Of a stretch of DNA of 64,000 nucleotides, positions 37,920-48,309 are shown piece after piece (within the stretch, counting starts at the first letter, position 1; the number at the start of each line of letters is the position of its first letter). The notes beneath the pieces were generated by a model. It saw only the letters and a list, made by a program, of their open reading frames with translations. It had not been told where the DNA came from and made no database searches. The position numbers and the translations under genes were made by a program. The DNA is from a virus. The stretch covers positions 18,046 to 82,045 of the IMG/VR virus record IMGVR_UViG_3300033156_000312, one strand, 5' to 3'.

Positions 37920-39179
37920 TTATATACCGATTTTTGTTGAATCGGCAGATATTATCAAATTTTCACCTTCAAGAGTGTTATCCTGAGTAACATACTCATT
38001 AACACTTGCCCCGCCACGTAATTCAGTAGGCGATAAGCCAGCGGCTTTAAAACCATATTTAAATGAACTCTTGGTGTTATCATCAAAAATCTTAATTATC
38101 AAAGTTGCTTCATCAGTTAAATTCTCGACATCAATTATCCCGAAGTCGGGAGCTTCTCCTGCCAGCACTTCTTCGATAGTGAAATCCTCAAGAATTCTGC
38201 CTAACGTTACCGTTACGGTAGAATCAGTAATACCTCTTGCCACGACATCTTTATTTCCAATTTCTCTTATATCTTCTCTATCAAACGCAACGTCAAGAGT
38301 TACGCTTTGTAAACGATAGATATAATCAGAAGCACTTGGCTTACCTGACGCAGGTATATACAAGTAGATAGAAACACTATCTCCAATTATACCAGCGACA
38401 TCAGAATCGTTTAATGAGAATATCGTAGCAGGAGCCGTTCCAGATGTATAATAAATTTTATATACATCGCCGATTGCGGCCTCATGAACTGTCAACATTT
38501 TCAATGATGGTGTATATTCATACTCTTCACTTGAAGAACCTTCTGATAGCTCTTTACTGGAACCACTTCTAACTCGAACAACTCTCTGCATATACTTATC
38601 AGCAGTATTCGGGTCTTCAGCAGGTTCTCTTGTGCTAAGGTCTATCTCAACATCATTACCTGTAAGCAAATCGCCAGTTTCAACCTCTGCTCGGTGATAA
38701 ATGAAATACTTATTATCTCCTTGCAGAATTCTGGCTTGCTCTCCTACAAAGTCAAAACTTCTTTCAACGATTGCCTGTGGGTCTCCTATGGTAATTGAGA
38801 AGCCAGAGCATCTCAATGCAGGATACCATGCAGTGCCTTTAAATGTGCCATCATCATCAGTCAGATATGCACATATATCGAAGTAAGGAGTTTTAAAATC
38901 TGCCAGGTCAATTTCATCTTCACCAACAGCACCTTTTACATCACTATTGACTAACTTCTGCCAAAATTCAATATTTCCATACTCGTATTGGGTTAATGTA
39001 TACCCAATCGTCGGACTCTTTTTCAGATACCCTACAGCACCATCTCGCCCTATCTCCTCAACCTTCTCTCTATTGAGAGTGATTGTTGGGTCAATTGCTT
39101 GTGCTCTGTCAATCTCGGCATCAGCAACGTCGTCCAATATAGGGAAGATTCTCGGTCTGTAATATGAACTGTGGATCAT
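37920..39179 (-). CDS. Major tail tube protein
   Basis: Strong SD, codon usage like capsid gene, two E.G.....G tube-like halves, upstream of chaperones and tape measure. Confidence 0.7.
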   Translation of the reverse strand: MIHSSYYRPRIFPILDDVADAEIDRAQAIDPTITLNREKVEEIGRDGAVGYLKKSPTIGYTLTQYEYGNIEFWQKLVNSDVKGAVGEDEIDLADFKTPYFDICAYLTDDDGTFKGTAWYPALRCSGFSITIGDPQAIVERSFDFVGEQARILQGDNKYFIYHRAEVETGDLLTGNDVEIDLSTREPAEDPNTADKYMQRVVRVRSGSSKELSEGSSSEEYEYTPSLKMLTVHEAAIGDVYKIYYTSGTAPATIFSLNDSDVAGIIGDSVSIYLYIPASGKPSASDYIYRLQSVTLDVAFDREDIREIGNKDVVARGITDSTVTVTLGRILEDFTIEEVLAGEAPDFGIIDVENLTDEATLIIKIFDDNTKSSFKYGFKAAGLSPTELRGGASVNEYVTQDNTLEGENLIISADSTKIGI

Positions 39180-39215
39180 TGTGTCCTCCTTTGACTATTT
39201 TTCCGACATTATCTT

Positions 39216-39500
39216 TTAATCATTTTTATGACGCTCCTCACAAATTGCATCTCTTTTAATTATCGCTTTTTCTATTTTTCCTAATCTTCTATAAACCTTT
39301 TTCATCTCTTCATAAAGTTTGTCTTTAGATTCATTACTTTCTTTTTGTAATATTTTTACATCTTCTATAACATGTTTTAAGTCATTTTCTCTTATTTTAG
39401 TTGACACTATCTTGCCCACTATAAAATTAAAAACACTGAAGAAAAATGATACTACTGCTATTATAAAGCCCCAAAATCGCCAATCTTTTAGAATTTCCAT
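39216..39500 (-). CDS. Single-TM coiled-coil protein (holin/spanin-like?)
   Basis: N-terminal TM helix, coiled coil, C-terminal CEERH. Confidence 0.45.
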   Translation of the reverse strand: MEILKDWRFWGFIIAVVSFFFSVFNFIVGKIVSTKIRENDLKHVIEDVKILQKESNESKDKLYEEMKKVYRRLGKIEKAIIKRDAICEERHKND

Positions 39501-39501
39501 G

Positions 39502-39981
39502 TTATACTTCTATCCTCCCAAGACTACAGGTTAAAGTAAGAAGATGGCGGTATCGGTCATGAACATCGAGCTTACTTTTCTCAATATCGAAATCTATTGG
39601 AGTATCATCTATATTTGTTATTCTAATTCTTCCATTCGCCACTTTGCTCGTAATTTGTCCATTTGTTATCGTATAATCATAATAAGTGCATCCACTCTTT
39701 AATTTTTCTATCAAAAAATCTTTTAAATCCAATCTTTGTCCATCACTTTTCGCAAATATATCTATTAATACTGACGGTGTTCTTACTGTAGAATTCCCAC
39801 CGATTTCCGCTGGGTCATGAGATGTGATTCCACATCTTATACAAATAACAGGTAAATCTATATTATAAACTCTTGAAAATGTTTTCTCTATATTGACATC
39901 ACTCCAAGACCCAATTAATTCGCTTTCAAGATATTGTATAATACTGGCTTCGATATTCCGAGATATTCTATATACTCCCAT
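39502..39981 (-). CDS. Tail terminator-like protein
   Basis: LPVI.I, IDIFA..D.QR.DL; position before tail tube. Confidence 0.6.
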   Translation of the reverse strand: MGVYRISRNIEASIIQYLESELIGSWSDVNIEKTFSRVYNIDLPVICIRCGITSHDPAEIGGNSTVRTPSVLIDIFAKSDGQRLDLKDFLIEKLKSGCTYYDYTITNGQITSKVANGRIRITNIDDTPIDFDIEKSKLDVHDRYRHLLTLTCSLGRIEV

Positions 39982-40535
39982 TATTGTCCTCTTTTTAGTG
40001 CCTGTAAAATTTTAGTGAGTTCCAATTCCATTTTTACTTGACTCGCTTGTATATAGTTAATTGGTCTAATTGGATGAGTAGGCCATATTCCACTTCCTGC
40101 TCCAGATTGATAATCAAAATGTTCTCTTCCTTTGCCAGCATATTCAGCTTTTGGTCTTCCGTCTCCACCTCTAAAATAGCCAGGAACGAATCCGCCACGA
40201 GCTGGGATATATGGGCTTCCACTTACTGTTTTGCCGGAATTCACAACATACCAATATGGGGCTCTTGTATTTAATCTGTCCAAACTACCAATTCCCCAAA
40301 ATATTCTTCCCAATCCTGCACCAGCTTCTTTTACAAAATCAACGGATTTTGCTAAATTACCACTCCCACCTTCTCTTTTTCTATTAGCATTTATATATGA
40401 TTTCATATATCGTAATGTTCTATAGCCTAACACTAAAGCTCGCTCTTGAAATTTGAACCAATCTTTTTGAACAGTTTCATCCCAGAGTTTCTTAGTCTTG
40501 AATCTGGGAGTTACTTTCATTTTAAATTCTGGCAT
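39981..40535 (-). CDS. Neck / tail-completion protein
   Basis: SGNLAKS, APYW..VN.G, P.NY pattern. Confidence 0.6.
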   Translation of the reverse strand: MPEFKMKVTPRFKTKKLWDETVQKDWFKFQERALVLGYRTLRYMKSYINANRKREGGSGNLAKSVDFVKEAGAGLGRIFWGIGSLDRLNTRAPYWYVVNSGKTVSGSPYIPARGGFVPGYFRGGDGRPKAEYAGKGREHFDYQSGAGSGIWPTHPIRPINYIQASQVKMELELTKILQALKRGQ

Positions 40536-40725
40536 TTTCTATCTCCAATCCTAATTTCAAAAACCCTAATTTTATTTGTGCTTTTTTATTACATTCTTCG
40601 TTGGAACAAATTATCAAAAATCTATTACTTTTATTTGCTATGCAGTAAGTAGTAGCTTGAGCCTTGCAAAAGAAACACTTATGTCGCTTAAAATAAGATT
40701 TATACTTCCTTTTTGATATAGACAT
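40522..40725 (-). CDS. Small Zn-finger protein
   Basis: CFFC and C....C. Confidence 0.5.
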   Translation of the reverse strand: MSISKRKYKSYFKRHKCFFCKAQATTYCIANKSNRFLIICSNEECNKKAQIKLGFLKLGLEIENARI

Positions 40726-41053
40726 AACAACGAAGATAATTTCCTTCCTCTCTTATCTGCATACGTCCTGAAACTTTCCATCCATAAAAAATTTCTCCAT
40801 CTATCAAAATTTTATAAGAAGCTTCAATGAGAGAGCGATGTTTTTTTTCGATAATTATCTCTTTTGCTTTAGTTACACTAATTCCTATCATTTTCCATTG
40901 AGCTTGTGTTGCAGTTAAATCAGAAACAATTGCTCTTATCGGAAGAGGATTTAATTCGCTATAGTCAACATTTTTCTCGAAAGGGTCTTGAATTTCCTCT
41001 TGTGCCATTATAATCCCAATTGATTGTGCTTGTTCCTGAAATAATTTATCCAT
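40700..41053 (-). CDS. Head-closure (stopper)-like protein
   Basis: Size, beta pattern, I.IDG..Y; position. Confidence 0.55.
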   Translation of the reverse strand: MDKLFQEQAQSIGIIMAQEEIQDPFEKNVDYSELNPLPIRAIVSDLTATQAQWKMIGISVTKAKEIIIEKKHRSLIEASYKILIDGEIFYGWKVSGRMQIREEGNYLRCYVYIKKEV

Positions 41054-41056
41054 AAT

Positions 41057-43477
41057 TTAGTCCCAAAGTTCCGCCACACCGTGTAGCTTGAGTTTTTTAT
41101 TGTTAAATGTTTGCATTTTCCATTTCATATTAGTGCCACTAATACCTGTTGTTTCAAATTCTTTTATACCACTTAATACACGTTTATTATTATCGTAATC
41201 GCCTTCATCTGTCAAAGTAACTTGTTCCCAAGTAGTTCCTCCATCTTTACTTACATAAGCTTTTAGGTCTGTATTAATTGTAATTGTGTCAATATCTTCT
41301 TCAAATAACACCAATCGTGCAGTATCTGGTTCTGTATCAGCAGTAAATGATTCTGAAATTAAAATCATATTAGAAGGGTCAGATTCAGCGTATATATTAT
41401 CTATATAGAAAGTATTAGTAGCATCTGCGTTAGTTACTTTAATTTTTATCCAGTCTATATCATCTTTATTAGCGTCTGAAATAGCTGATATATCCCAAGT
41501 TTTAGTTTCCCAAGTATTAGCTGAACTTACTGCTATATTATAAGTAGAAGTAGTTCCTCCACTATCGTGTATTTGTAATTGTAAATTAGTCCCTGTTCTT
41601 GAAGCGTATATATCAAATTTTATTCTGTCATATGAAGATAAATCTTTATAACTCCCAGTGCTATATTCGTGAGTAAGTGTTTCATTTAAAGAATCAGTAG
41701 CATCTGCAACTATTTTGAGAGAATATGAGCCTTGTTGTTTTATTGTTGATTCTGAATATGACTGAAGTCCACCTTCTCCATAAGCTTGTGTTGGAACTGT
41801 TATAGTATCTGTATTACCAGTAGAAGGAGAAGCATTAAAGATATTAGAATGTTGTATTCTTATTTCATCCATATAGCCATTAAAATAATAGTATCCTGGA
41901 ATTCCCCCTATAAATAATTCATCCGCAATTGTCAATGTTGAATTATCTTGAACATAGTTTACTTGATTACCGTCTTTGTATATAGCATATTCATTACCTA
42001 CTTTACAAAGGGCTATATGATGCCAATTAGTATCTGTTATTTCTCCTCCATAACCTGTATTAATTATATCATCACTATCACGTAAACGAAATCTTATCCC
42101 ACTTCCATCAGCATGATTAAATTGCCAAAAAGAAGTTCCATCTCCTTGTTGTATATAAATCTCAGTTCCAGCATGGTCAGTATGTTTTACCCAAAAATCT
42201 ATAGTCCAATCATCTGAATTTGAATCGCATATATCCCAATCTGCACTATCCGAAAAAGACATATAATCAGAATCACCATCAAATTTGTAAGATGCTGTGC
42301 CCCATTTTTTATTAGCAGTATCTAATTGCATAGTTCCATGAAATGTAGGAATATGATAATTTCCACTTCCACCGTCCCCAGAAACATCTTGTGTATTCAT
42401 ATGCAATAATAATTTCGTATTAGAATCTGAACTATGTTCTGTTGTTGGAACTGTTATAGTATCTGTATTACCAGTAGAAGGAGAAGCATTAAAGATATTA
42501 GAATGTTGTATTCTTATTTCATCCATATAGCCATCGAAAAAGTAAGAATAGCCTGAAGCTAAATTCCCTATTAATAAATCTCCAGCAAAAGTATCTATAT
42601 CACTATCATTAAGATACCCTCCTTGTGTCCCATCAAGATAAATTCCGTAATCGTTTCCCACTTTACAAAGGGCTATATGATGCCAATTAGTATCTGTTAT
42701 TGTCGAACCATTAAAATCAACAATCCAAACGTTTGCTGAACGTATCGCAAATCTTAATCCAGCAGTATCGCTGTGAGTTAAAATCCATCTATTCTCAACA
42801 TCTTCAAACTGTGCCATGTAATATTGCAATCCAGTAATATTATTATGTTTTACCCAGAAATCTATAGTAAAATTAGTGGAAATATCCCAATCAGCACTAT
42901 CAGGTATAGATAAATAATCACTATCACCATCAAAGTAACAAGAAGAAGAACCCCACTTTTTATTGTCTGTTTTCAATTGTGCCGTTTCGTTTTGAGTTAC
43001 TACATGTCCTGTATTTCCAGAATCTATAATTTCTTTTCCACCATCTTGACCATCTCCATGAAGAAGTAATTTTGTATCAGAATCTAAACCGCCAACTACA
43101 GAAGTTTCCCAATTTGCTTGTGCCGAAGCGTCAGAGGAATATTCGCAATAATCTATTTCTAAATCTGCTATAGAAGAAGGTTCATAATAATCATCAGTAG
43201 AATTATAAGTTTGCCCTGAACTTCCACCTGTTCCAGTATCTACACCACTCTCATCAGTAAATACATCTCTAATACCGTCTATCATTTCATGTTTTGTAAA
43301 TGAATTTTGAACAGCTATATCAAAGGCATTAAGCATAGTATTTAATTCTATTCTATCCGCTATTTTAGCTTTGTTATTCTCTATTTTTAGAGTAAAATCA
43401 TCTATTTTATCTGCCAGATAACCTGGAGATGTATCACTTGAATTAGCTTGAAATTTATTACTTTCATGTTTTGGCAT
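41057..43477 (-). CDS. Virion protein with two LamG/ConA-like domains
   Basis: TKLLLH, FDGDSDY, FTIDFWV, WHHIAL, GYMDEIRI each present twice. Confidence 0.85.
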   Translation of the reverse strand: MPKHESNKFQANSSDTSPGYLADKIDDFTLKIENNKAKIADRIELNTMLNAFDIAVQNSFTKHEMIDGIRDVFTDESGVDTGTGGSSGQTYNSTDDYYEPSSIADLEIDYCEYSSDASAQANWETSVVGGLDSDTKLLLHGDGQDGGKEIIDSGNTGHVVTQNETAQLKTDNKKWGSSSCYFDGDSDYLSIPDSADWDISTNFTIDFWVKHNNITGLQYYMAQFEDVENRWILTHSDTAGLRFAIRSANVWIVDFNGSTITDTNWHHIALCKVGNDYGIYLDGTQGGYLNDSDIDTFAGDLLIGNLASGYSYFFDGYMDEIRIQHSNIFNASPSTGNTDTITVPTTEHSSDSNTKLLLHMNTQDVSGDGGSGNYHIPTFHGTMQLDTANKKWGTASYKFDGDSDYMSFSDSADWDICDSNSDDWTIDFWVKHTDHAGTEIYIQQGDGTSFWQFNHADGSGIRFRLRDSDDIINTGYGGEITDTNWHHIALCKVGNEYAIYKDGNQVNYVQDNSTLTIADELFIGGIPGYYYFNGYMDEIRIQHSNIFNASPSTGNTDTITVPTQAYGEGGLQSYSESTIKQQGSYSLKIVADATDSLNETLTHEYSTGSYKDLSSYDRIKFDIYASRTGTNLQLQIHDSGGTTSTYNIAVSSANTWETKTWDISAISDANKDDIDWIKIKVTNADATNTFYIDNIYAESDPSNMILISESFTADTEPDTARLVLFEEDIDTITINTDLKAYVSKDGGTTWEQVTLTDEGDYDNNKRVLSGIKEFETTGISGTNMKWKMQTFNNKKLKLHGVAELWD
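41789..42534. repeat. 92-bp exact direct repeat (41789-41880 and 42443-42534) inside LamG gene
   Basis: Both copies encode GYMDEIRIQHSNIFNASPSTGNTDTITVPT; a second ~40-bp identity at 42001 and 42661. Confidence 0.9.
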
Positions 43478-43483
43478 AATTTA

Positions 43484-43660
43484 TTACCTCTGCTTTGGGA
43501 CTATTTGAATCATAGGAACTGTAATTAAATCTAAATCATATTTTTCAAGAATAGTTCTAATTTCTTTATCTGCTTTTTGTATCTTTTTTTGCAATAATTG
43601 TTGAGCTTTAATCTGTAACTCTTGTTCTGTTAAACGTTCACTTTTTTTCTTCTTAAACAT
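43484..43660 (-). CDS. Small helical protein (58 aa, not in ORF track), possible fibre chaperone
   Basis: AGGAGG SD; MFKKKKSERL...IVPKQR. Confidence 0.55.
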   Translation of the reverse strand: MFKKKKSERLTEQELQIKAQQLLQKKIQKADKEIRTILEKYDLDLITVPMIQIVPKQR

Positions 43661-43671
43661 CTCCTACCTCC

Positions 43672-45261
43672 TTAAGTTAATTCTACTCCCACAACATCTC
43701 CACTTCCTCTTCTAAATAATAAATAAATACGATTTGAATCATCAGTATCTTTCCATATTGCCATATAATCATCAGCATTTAAAGTTGGTTCAGAAGCTTG
43801 AGCGTATATTTTTATTTTTAATTCCCCTGTTATTTCTTGTTTTCCGTTTATTTTTACATATTCATTATCAAATTCTCCATAAATTAAAGGAACAGACCCA
43901 GTAACCTTTCCATCATTTTCAATATATAACTTATTTGAACCTGTTTCATTATAACCTGCATGATTTCCAATGAAAACATTCTTGTTACCTGAAATATTAT
44001 TACGTCCTGACCCTGCACCTATGAACACATTATACTCTCCTTCTGTGTTCTGATTTCCTGCCGCATGCCCTACAAAAGTATTTTGCTGGCCTCCTATATT
44101 GTTTTCCCCTGCATTTACACCTATAAAAGTATTATAAATTCCTGTTGTATTAAGTCGTCCAGAGTATCTTCCTATAAACGTATTTCCATATCCAGTGCAT
44201 CCTCCTGTAATATCTTGCCCTTGTCCTGCCGCATGCCCTACAAAAGTATTATACTCTCCTGTTGTATTCCAATACCCCGCCTTCATACCTATAAAAGTAT
44301 TAAAATCGGCTATATTTTGACAACCAGATAACTGACCTACAAAAGTATTATACTCTCCTTCTGTGTTCTGATTTCCTGCCGCTTGCCCTATAAAAGTATT
44401 ATGCTCTCCTGTTGTATTCTGATTTCCTGCTCCATGTCCTATAAAAGTATTGTTACTTGCTATTGTATTTTTTTGACCTGACTTTACCCCTACAAAAGTG
44501 TTGTTATATCCTGATGTATTGTCTATACCTGCCCAAGCACCTATAAAAGTATTATAATTGCTGGTAGCATTTTGACCTGCTCGTGCACCTATAAAAGTGT
44601 TATAAGTTTCTGAAGTAATTGCTTGTCCTGCATAAGCACCTATAAAAGTATTATAAATTCCTGAAGTAAAATTATAACCAGCTCTTATTCCTACAAAAGT
44701 GCCTTCAGTTCCCGTTGAAAGTCCACTTTGTCCTTTGCCTGCTTCTTTACCTATAAAAGTGTTCTTATCCCCTGTATTATATAATCCTGCTTCTTTACCT
44801 AAAACTATCCCATCTGTATTTAATTCTTTCAGGAAATCATAACCAGTGTATCTATAAGCTCCTATTTTTAAATCTAAACCATTAGAATCGAATCTTGTTA
44901 TCTCATTGTTATCTACTACATTAGTAATATAACTCCCGCCAGTTATGTCTACAACTTCAACTTTTGAATCGTCTTCTTCTATTTTATCGGTATTTATTAC
45001 AAGTGCTTCCGCTTTCCATTTTGAAGAAGCTGAATCATATCTCATTATATAATCGTCTTGAGGAGTTCCAGTATCAAAATCTACATCACTTAAATCATTC
45101 AATTGATTTACAGAGCCAGAACCAGCGACCCATTCAAATTTGCTTTGACCAGAAGCTTTACGAATATAATAATTATCCTGAATAGCATTAATAGCTTCAA
45201 TATCATCTGGTAGAATACTTCTAATTTGAGAATGCCTAACTCTTGTATTTCTTTCCGCCAT
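43672..45261 (-). CDS. Fibre protein with tandem 14-aa NTFIG..AG..N..G repeats
   Basis: Long run of 42-nt repeat units at ~43950-44810; LNDLSDV fibre motif. Confidence 0.8.
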   Translation of the reverse strand: MAERNTRVRHSQIRSILPDDIEAINAIQDNYYIRKASGQSKFEWVAGSGSVNQLNDLSDVDFDTGTPQDDYIMRYDSASSKWKAEALVINTDKIEEDDSKVEVVDITGGSYITNVVDNNEITRFDSNGLDLKIGAYRYTGYDFLKELNTDGIVLGKEAGLYNTGDKNTFIGKEAGKGQSGLSTGTEGTFVGIRAGYNFTSGIYNTFIGAYAGQAITSETYNTFIGARAGQNATSNYNTFIGAWAGIDNTSGYNNTFVGVKSGQKNTIASNNTFIGHGAGNQNTTGEHNTFIGQAAGNQNTEGEYNTFVGQLSGCQNIADFNTFIGMKAGYWNTTGEYNTFVGHAAGQGQDITGGCTGYGNTFIGRYSGRLNTTGIYNTFIGVNAGENNIGGQQNTFVGHAAGNQNTEGEYNVFIGAGSGRNNISGNKNVFIGNHAGYNETGSNKLYIENDGKVTGSVPLIYGEFDNEYVKINGKQEITGELKIKIYAQASEPTLNADDYMAIWKDTDDSNRIYLLFRRGSGDVVGVELT

Positions 45262-45273
45262 ATATTCCTCTTG

Positions 45274-45468
45274 TTACAAATTTAAATTCTTTAAGATAAA
45301 TAGAATTAACCTACTTAACTTCTTTAGATAGTTTTTAGCCGAATTAAGGTTAGTTATATTATTATCAATATAATTATTAATTTGTTGTGGCGATAAATTA
45401 TCAATCCAAGATAATTTAATTTCTCTTATCGCTTCTCGCTGTTTGTCTGATTTGAGTCGTTCTGGCAT
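45274..45468 (-). CDS. Hypothetical protein
   Basis: ORF track. Confidence 0.5.
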   Translation of the reverse strand: MPERLKSDKQREAIREIKLSWIDNLSPQQINNYIDNNITNLNSAKNYLKKLSRLILFILKNLNL

Positions 45469-45469
45469 T

Positions 45470-45670
45470 TTATAGTTCCTCTCTTACAAATGCGGATATT
45501 TTAAAATCAAATTTATAATCCTGAAAGCACTTCTTACAAGTTACTTTATAACTGTTTAATTTATAGGTAAAATCATTTGAATTTACTTTTTCTGTTATTG
45601 GACTGATATAAAAATCATCATGTCCACAGAACCGACAATAAAAGTTCATTTTAGTAACTAAAGTGCTCAT
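45470..45670 (-). CDS. Zn-ribbon protein
   Basis: CRFC and CKKC. Confidence 0.55.
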   Translation of the reverse strand: MSTLVTKMNFYCRFCGHDDFYISPITEKVNSNDFTYKLNSYKVTCKKCFQDYKFDFKISAFVREEL

Positions 45671-45913
45671 TTATTTTTCTTCTTTCTTTTCTTCTGGGGG
45701 CATTAATAATTCATTAATAAACAGAATAATTCCTTCTAACTTTGCCACTTGAAATTGTATTTGTTTTATTGCATTTTCGCCTTTTTTCTTTTCGGCTTTC
45801 GCCCACTTTAATTTACCTTCTATAATTCCACGAAGATTATTAGAGTCTATCTGGCGATTCTTTTTCATACGTTTTAAAGTTTCTTTCTGTTTTTTATTCA
45901 TTTTTTTCCTCAT
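45671..45913 (-). CDS. Basic coiled-coil hypothetical protein
   Basis: AAGGAG SD. Confidence 0.5.
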   Translation of the reverse strand: MRKKMNKKQKETLKRMKKNRQIDSNNLRGIIEGKLKWAKAEKKKGENAIKQIQFQVAKLEGIILFINELLMPPEEKKEEK

Positions 45914-45982
45914 TTTATACTCCTTACTTTAATAATTATAGTTAACGTGTTTTTGGGTTCTACATTAAGAAACTAAATTGTT

Positions 45983-47008
45983 TTAGTCCTTAACGTAGTA
46001 AGCAATTACAATATCGCCTGAAACAGGGTCAGTCGCAAAACTAACCGTAGTTCCAGAAAGCGTATAATCTTTACCAGTTCCTTCCTGCTGAACTAAACCG
46101 TTCAAGAACACCATAAGTGTTCCAGAAGCAGGGGTGTTACTGAGAGTAAAATCTCCAGCATAACCAGTATCGTCTATCTGAGAAGAAACATCTTCTTTAA
46201 CAACATCAGCTTCTACTAAATAATCTTTCTTAACACTAAGAGTATCTCCAGTAATCTGAAGAGTATCATCATCTACATTAACTGCCAAAACTCCAGCAGA
46301 AGCACTTAATCCATCACCAGCAAAAGCAGTTGCTAAATCAGCAATAGATTCTAACTTAGCTTTATCAACACCAGTAGATTTATCAAGAAACATAATCTCA
46401 TCACTACCAACATCTACTACTCCTGCATCTAAATCTACCACTACATCTTCTAAATAACCCGCAGTATCTCCAGATTGAGCTTTAACTTTTTCATCAGTGT
46501 CAACAATATCATAAAACTCTAATCCATCGGGTGTAGCATTAACTCTAACTCCTTTACCAGCTTGACCAGCATAAGAACCAGGAGTATCTGTTAATCCTAA
46601 GAATGTATCAGTATCACTTGGGGTTGCCCAAGCTATACTGCCACCAGTTTGTAATTGCAAATACTGACCTGCCGAGCCAGCACCTGCATTAAACTGAGTG
46701 TCATCCAAAGAATCATCAGCTACCTTGATACCAGAAGCTGAACGAGCAATAGTTGAACCATCAAGTTTTACTTGAAGATTCTCACTGCCATCATCTTCTA
46801 AACCTTCGCCAGCGAAATCAGAAACATCAATAGCTAACTGATTGGCACTGTTTTGAATACCGTCGCCAGCTATAGCAGTAGCAATATCAGCCCAAGCATC
46901 TTGCTTCATCACGCCATCAGCATCAATAAAAGCTAACTTATCACCAATAGCAAAGACTTCTTCGCTTAAACTAATTTGAGCTCCACGAATTCTTGTATTT
47001 AACGCCAT
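45983..47008 (-). CDS. Head decoration / head fibre protein
   Basis: AGDGL.....L.V..D repeats, FLGLTDTP.SY.GQAG, C-terminal VFLNG..Q..G.DY domain; strong SD. Confidence 0.7.
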   Translation of the reverse strand: MALNTRIRGAQISLSEEVFAIGDKLAFIDADGVMKQDAWADIATAIAGDGIQNSANQLAIDVSDFAGEGLEDDGSENLQVKLDGSTIARSASGIKVADDSLDDTQFNAGAGSAGQYLQLQTGGSIAWATPSDTDTFLGLTDTPGSYAGQAGKGVRVNATPDGLEFYDIVDTDEKVKAQSGDTAGYLEDVVVDLDAGVVDVGSDEIMFLDKSTGVDKAKLESIADLATAFAGDGLSASAGVLAVNVDDDTLQITGDTLSVKKDYLVEADVVKEDVSSQIDDTGYAGDFTLSNTPASGTLMVFLNGLVQQEGTGKDYTLSGTTVSFATDPVSGDIVIAYYVKD

Positions 47009-47154
47009 GTTTGTCCTCCTTAATTATAAGATTTTCAAATTTCATGACGCATTTCAAATTTCAGTCCCTTTCGGGCACATTGTCGCATTTAACCCTGCGA
47101 CCACGATAACTATCATGTTACATTTTCATGTCGACATGAAGTAAAAATTTTTTC

Positions 47155-47427
47155 TTATTTACTATTTGTATATCCCGAACCTCCGCAAGAGCAGTTTTTA
47201 TAACCGCCTCTAACGGAGTGTCCACAATTCGATTTCTTAATTAATCCTTCTTGTTCTAATTTCTTGAAAAGTTTATTTAAATTATTGTAAAAATAGTCCA
47301 TAACTTGACTTTTAGCATATTTAAAGTCAGCCGTGCGTTTATCCATCTTGAATCCAATAAGGTCAAGCACCTTTTTCATTGTATCTAACGTCTGCAAATA
47401 TATATTTTTGGCCACCTGTATTTTCAT
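47155..47427 (-). CDS. Hypothetical Zn-binding protein
   Basis: CGH..R.GY..C.CGGSG. Confidence 0.55.
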   Translation of the reverse strand: MKIQVAKNIYLQTLDTMKKVLDLIGFKMDKRTADFKYAKSQVMDYFYNNLNKLFKKLEQEGLIKKSNCGHSVRGGYKNCSCGGSGYTNSK

Positions 47428-47436
47428 ATTATCACC

Positions 47437-47895
47437 TTATGATTTCTTTATATAATTAACTATTACTGAATCCGTAATAACAGTATCAATTGGAAGTGAA
47501 AATTTGGTATCTGAGATAATTGTTACATCACTACTTAATAATTTTAGTCCATTTAGAAATACTTCCAAACTTTCTGTTCTAAAAGCATGTGTCGTAGTAT
47601 ATGGGTCTCCTGCTGTAACAGGAGGCAAAGGGTTTACTGTCTCGTTCTGAACTGCATAAGAATCGATAATTACATTTATTTCTTTATTGACCCAATAACC
47701 ATTTTCCCACACTAATATCTGGTCGGTTAAAGGGCTTATGATAGTAGTATCAAGCAATTCTGAAAGATATTTCTTAACGCCACCAATTCTATCCACAACA
47801 GAAAAATTAACTTCAAAAATTTCTTTTTCGATTAGTGTGATATTAAACGTTTGTTTTTCTGTTATATTTACTTTTAATTGTTCTGTCAGTGCCAT
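47437..47895 (-). CDS. Virion structural protein
   Basis: LSELLD..I, L.W....W.N, VFLNG domain. Confidence 0.6.
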   Translation of the reverse strand: MALTEQLKVNITEKQTFNITLIEKEIFEVNFSVVDRIGGVKKYLSELLDTTIISPLTDQILVWENGYWVNKEINVIIDSYAVQNETVNPLPPVTAGDPYTTTHAFRTESLEVFLNGLKLLSSDVTIISDTKFSLPIDTVITDSVIVNYIKKS

Positions 47896-47907
47896 AACGA
47901 ATTCCTA

Positions 47908-48285
47908 TTAGTTTGTTCTTTGTGTTACTGGTTCAGTAATTCGTAATCGACCAATCGCTATCACATGTCTGTTATTTTCATCATCTTCAACTGTTATATC
48001 GTAGTAATAGATTCCATGCTCTATGTCTGTATCAGATGTAGACAGGTTTATATCTGAAACCCCATCAACTGGGTCATCATGGTCATAATCACATCCAGTT
48101 GCAGAACCTATAGTATGTTTAATAATTGCGACACTATCAGCGTCTTTCATGTTCTTTTTGACAGTGAAATATACTATCCAGTTCGAAATGTCTTCTCTTG
48201 AACCTTCTGTTGAGAAGATTAACTCATACGATTTACTGGTTTTTTTATAGATTTCTAAATCTTTCCAATTTGGTCTTATTGCCAT
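47908..48285 (-). CDS. BppU-like Ig-fold virion protein
   Basis: DIS....FTVK..D..A.I..G...L...DT....G.YYYD...G.L.I. Confidence 0.65.
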   Translation of the reverse strand: MAIRPNWKDLEIYKKTSKSYELIFSTEGSREDISNWIVYFTVKKNMKDADSVAIIKHTIGSATGCDYDHDDPVDGVSDINLSTSDTDIEHGIYYYDITVEDDENNRHVIAIGRLRITEPVTQRTN

Positions 48286-48309
48286 GACTTATTCTCCTTT
48301 ATCTTTGGA

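Noticed and set aside
41057-43477. Diversity-generating retroelement (TR/VR pair)
   Set aside because: Repeats are in-frame, identical and within one gene; no adenine-specific mismatches and no reverse transcriptase in the window
43950-44810. CRISPR-like periodic repeats (CCTATAAAAGT every ~42 nt)
   Set aside because: They are the coding 14-aa repeats of a fibre protein; degenerate at codon level; no cas genes
25590-47008. Many short + strand ORFs within the structural arm
   Set aside because: Antisense to well-supported genes, no SD, atypical composition
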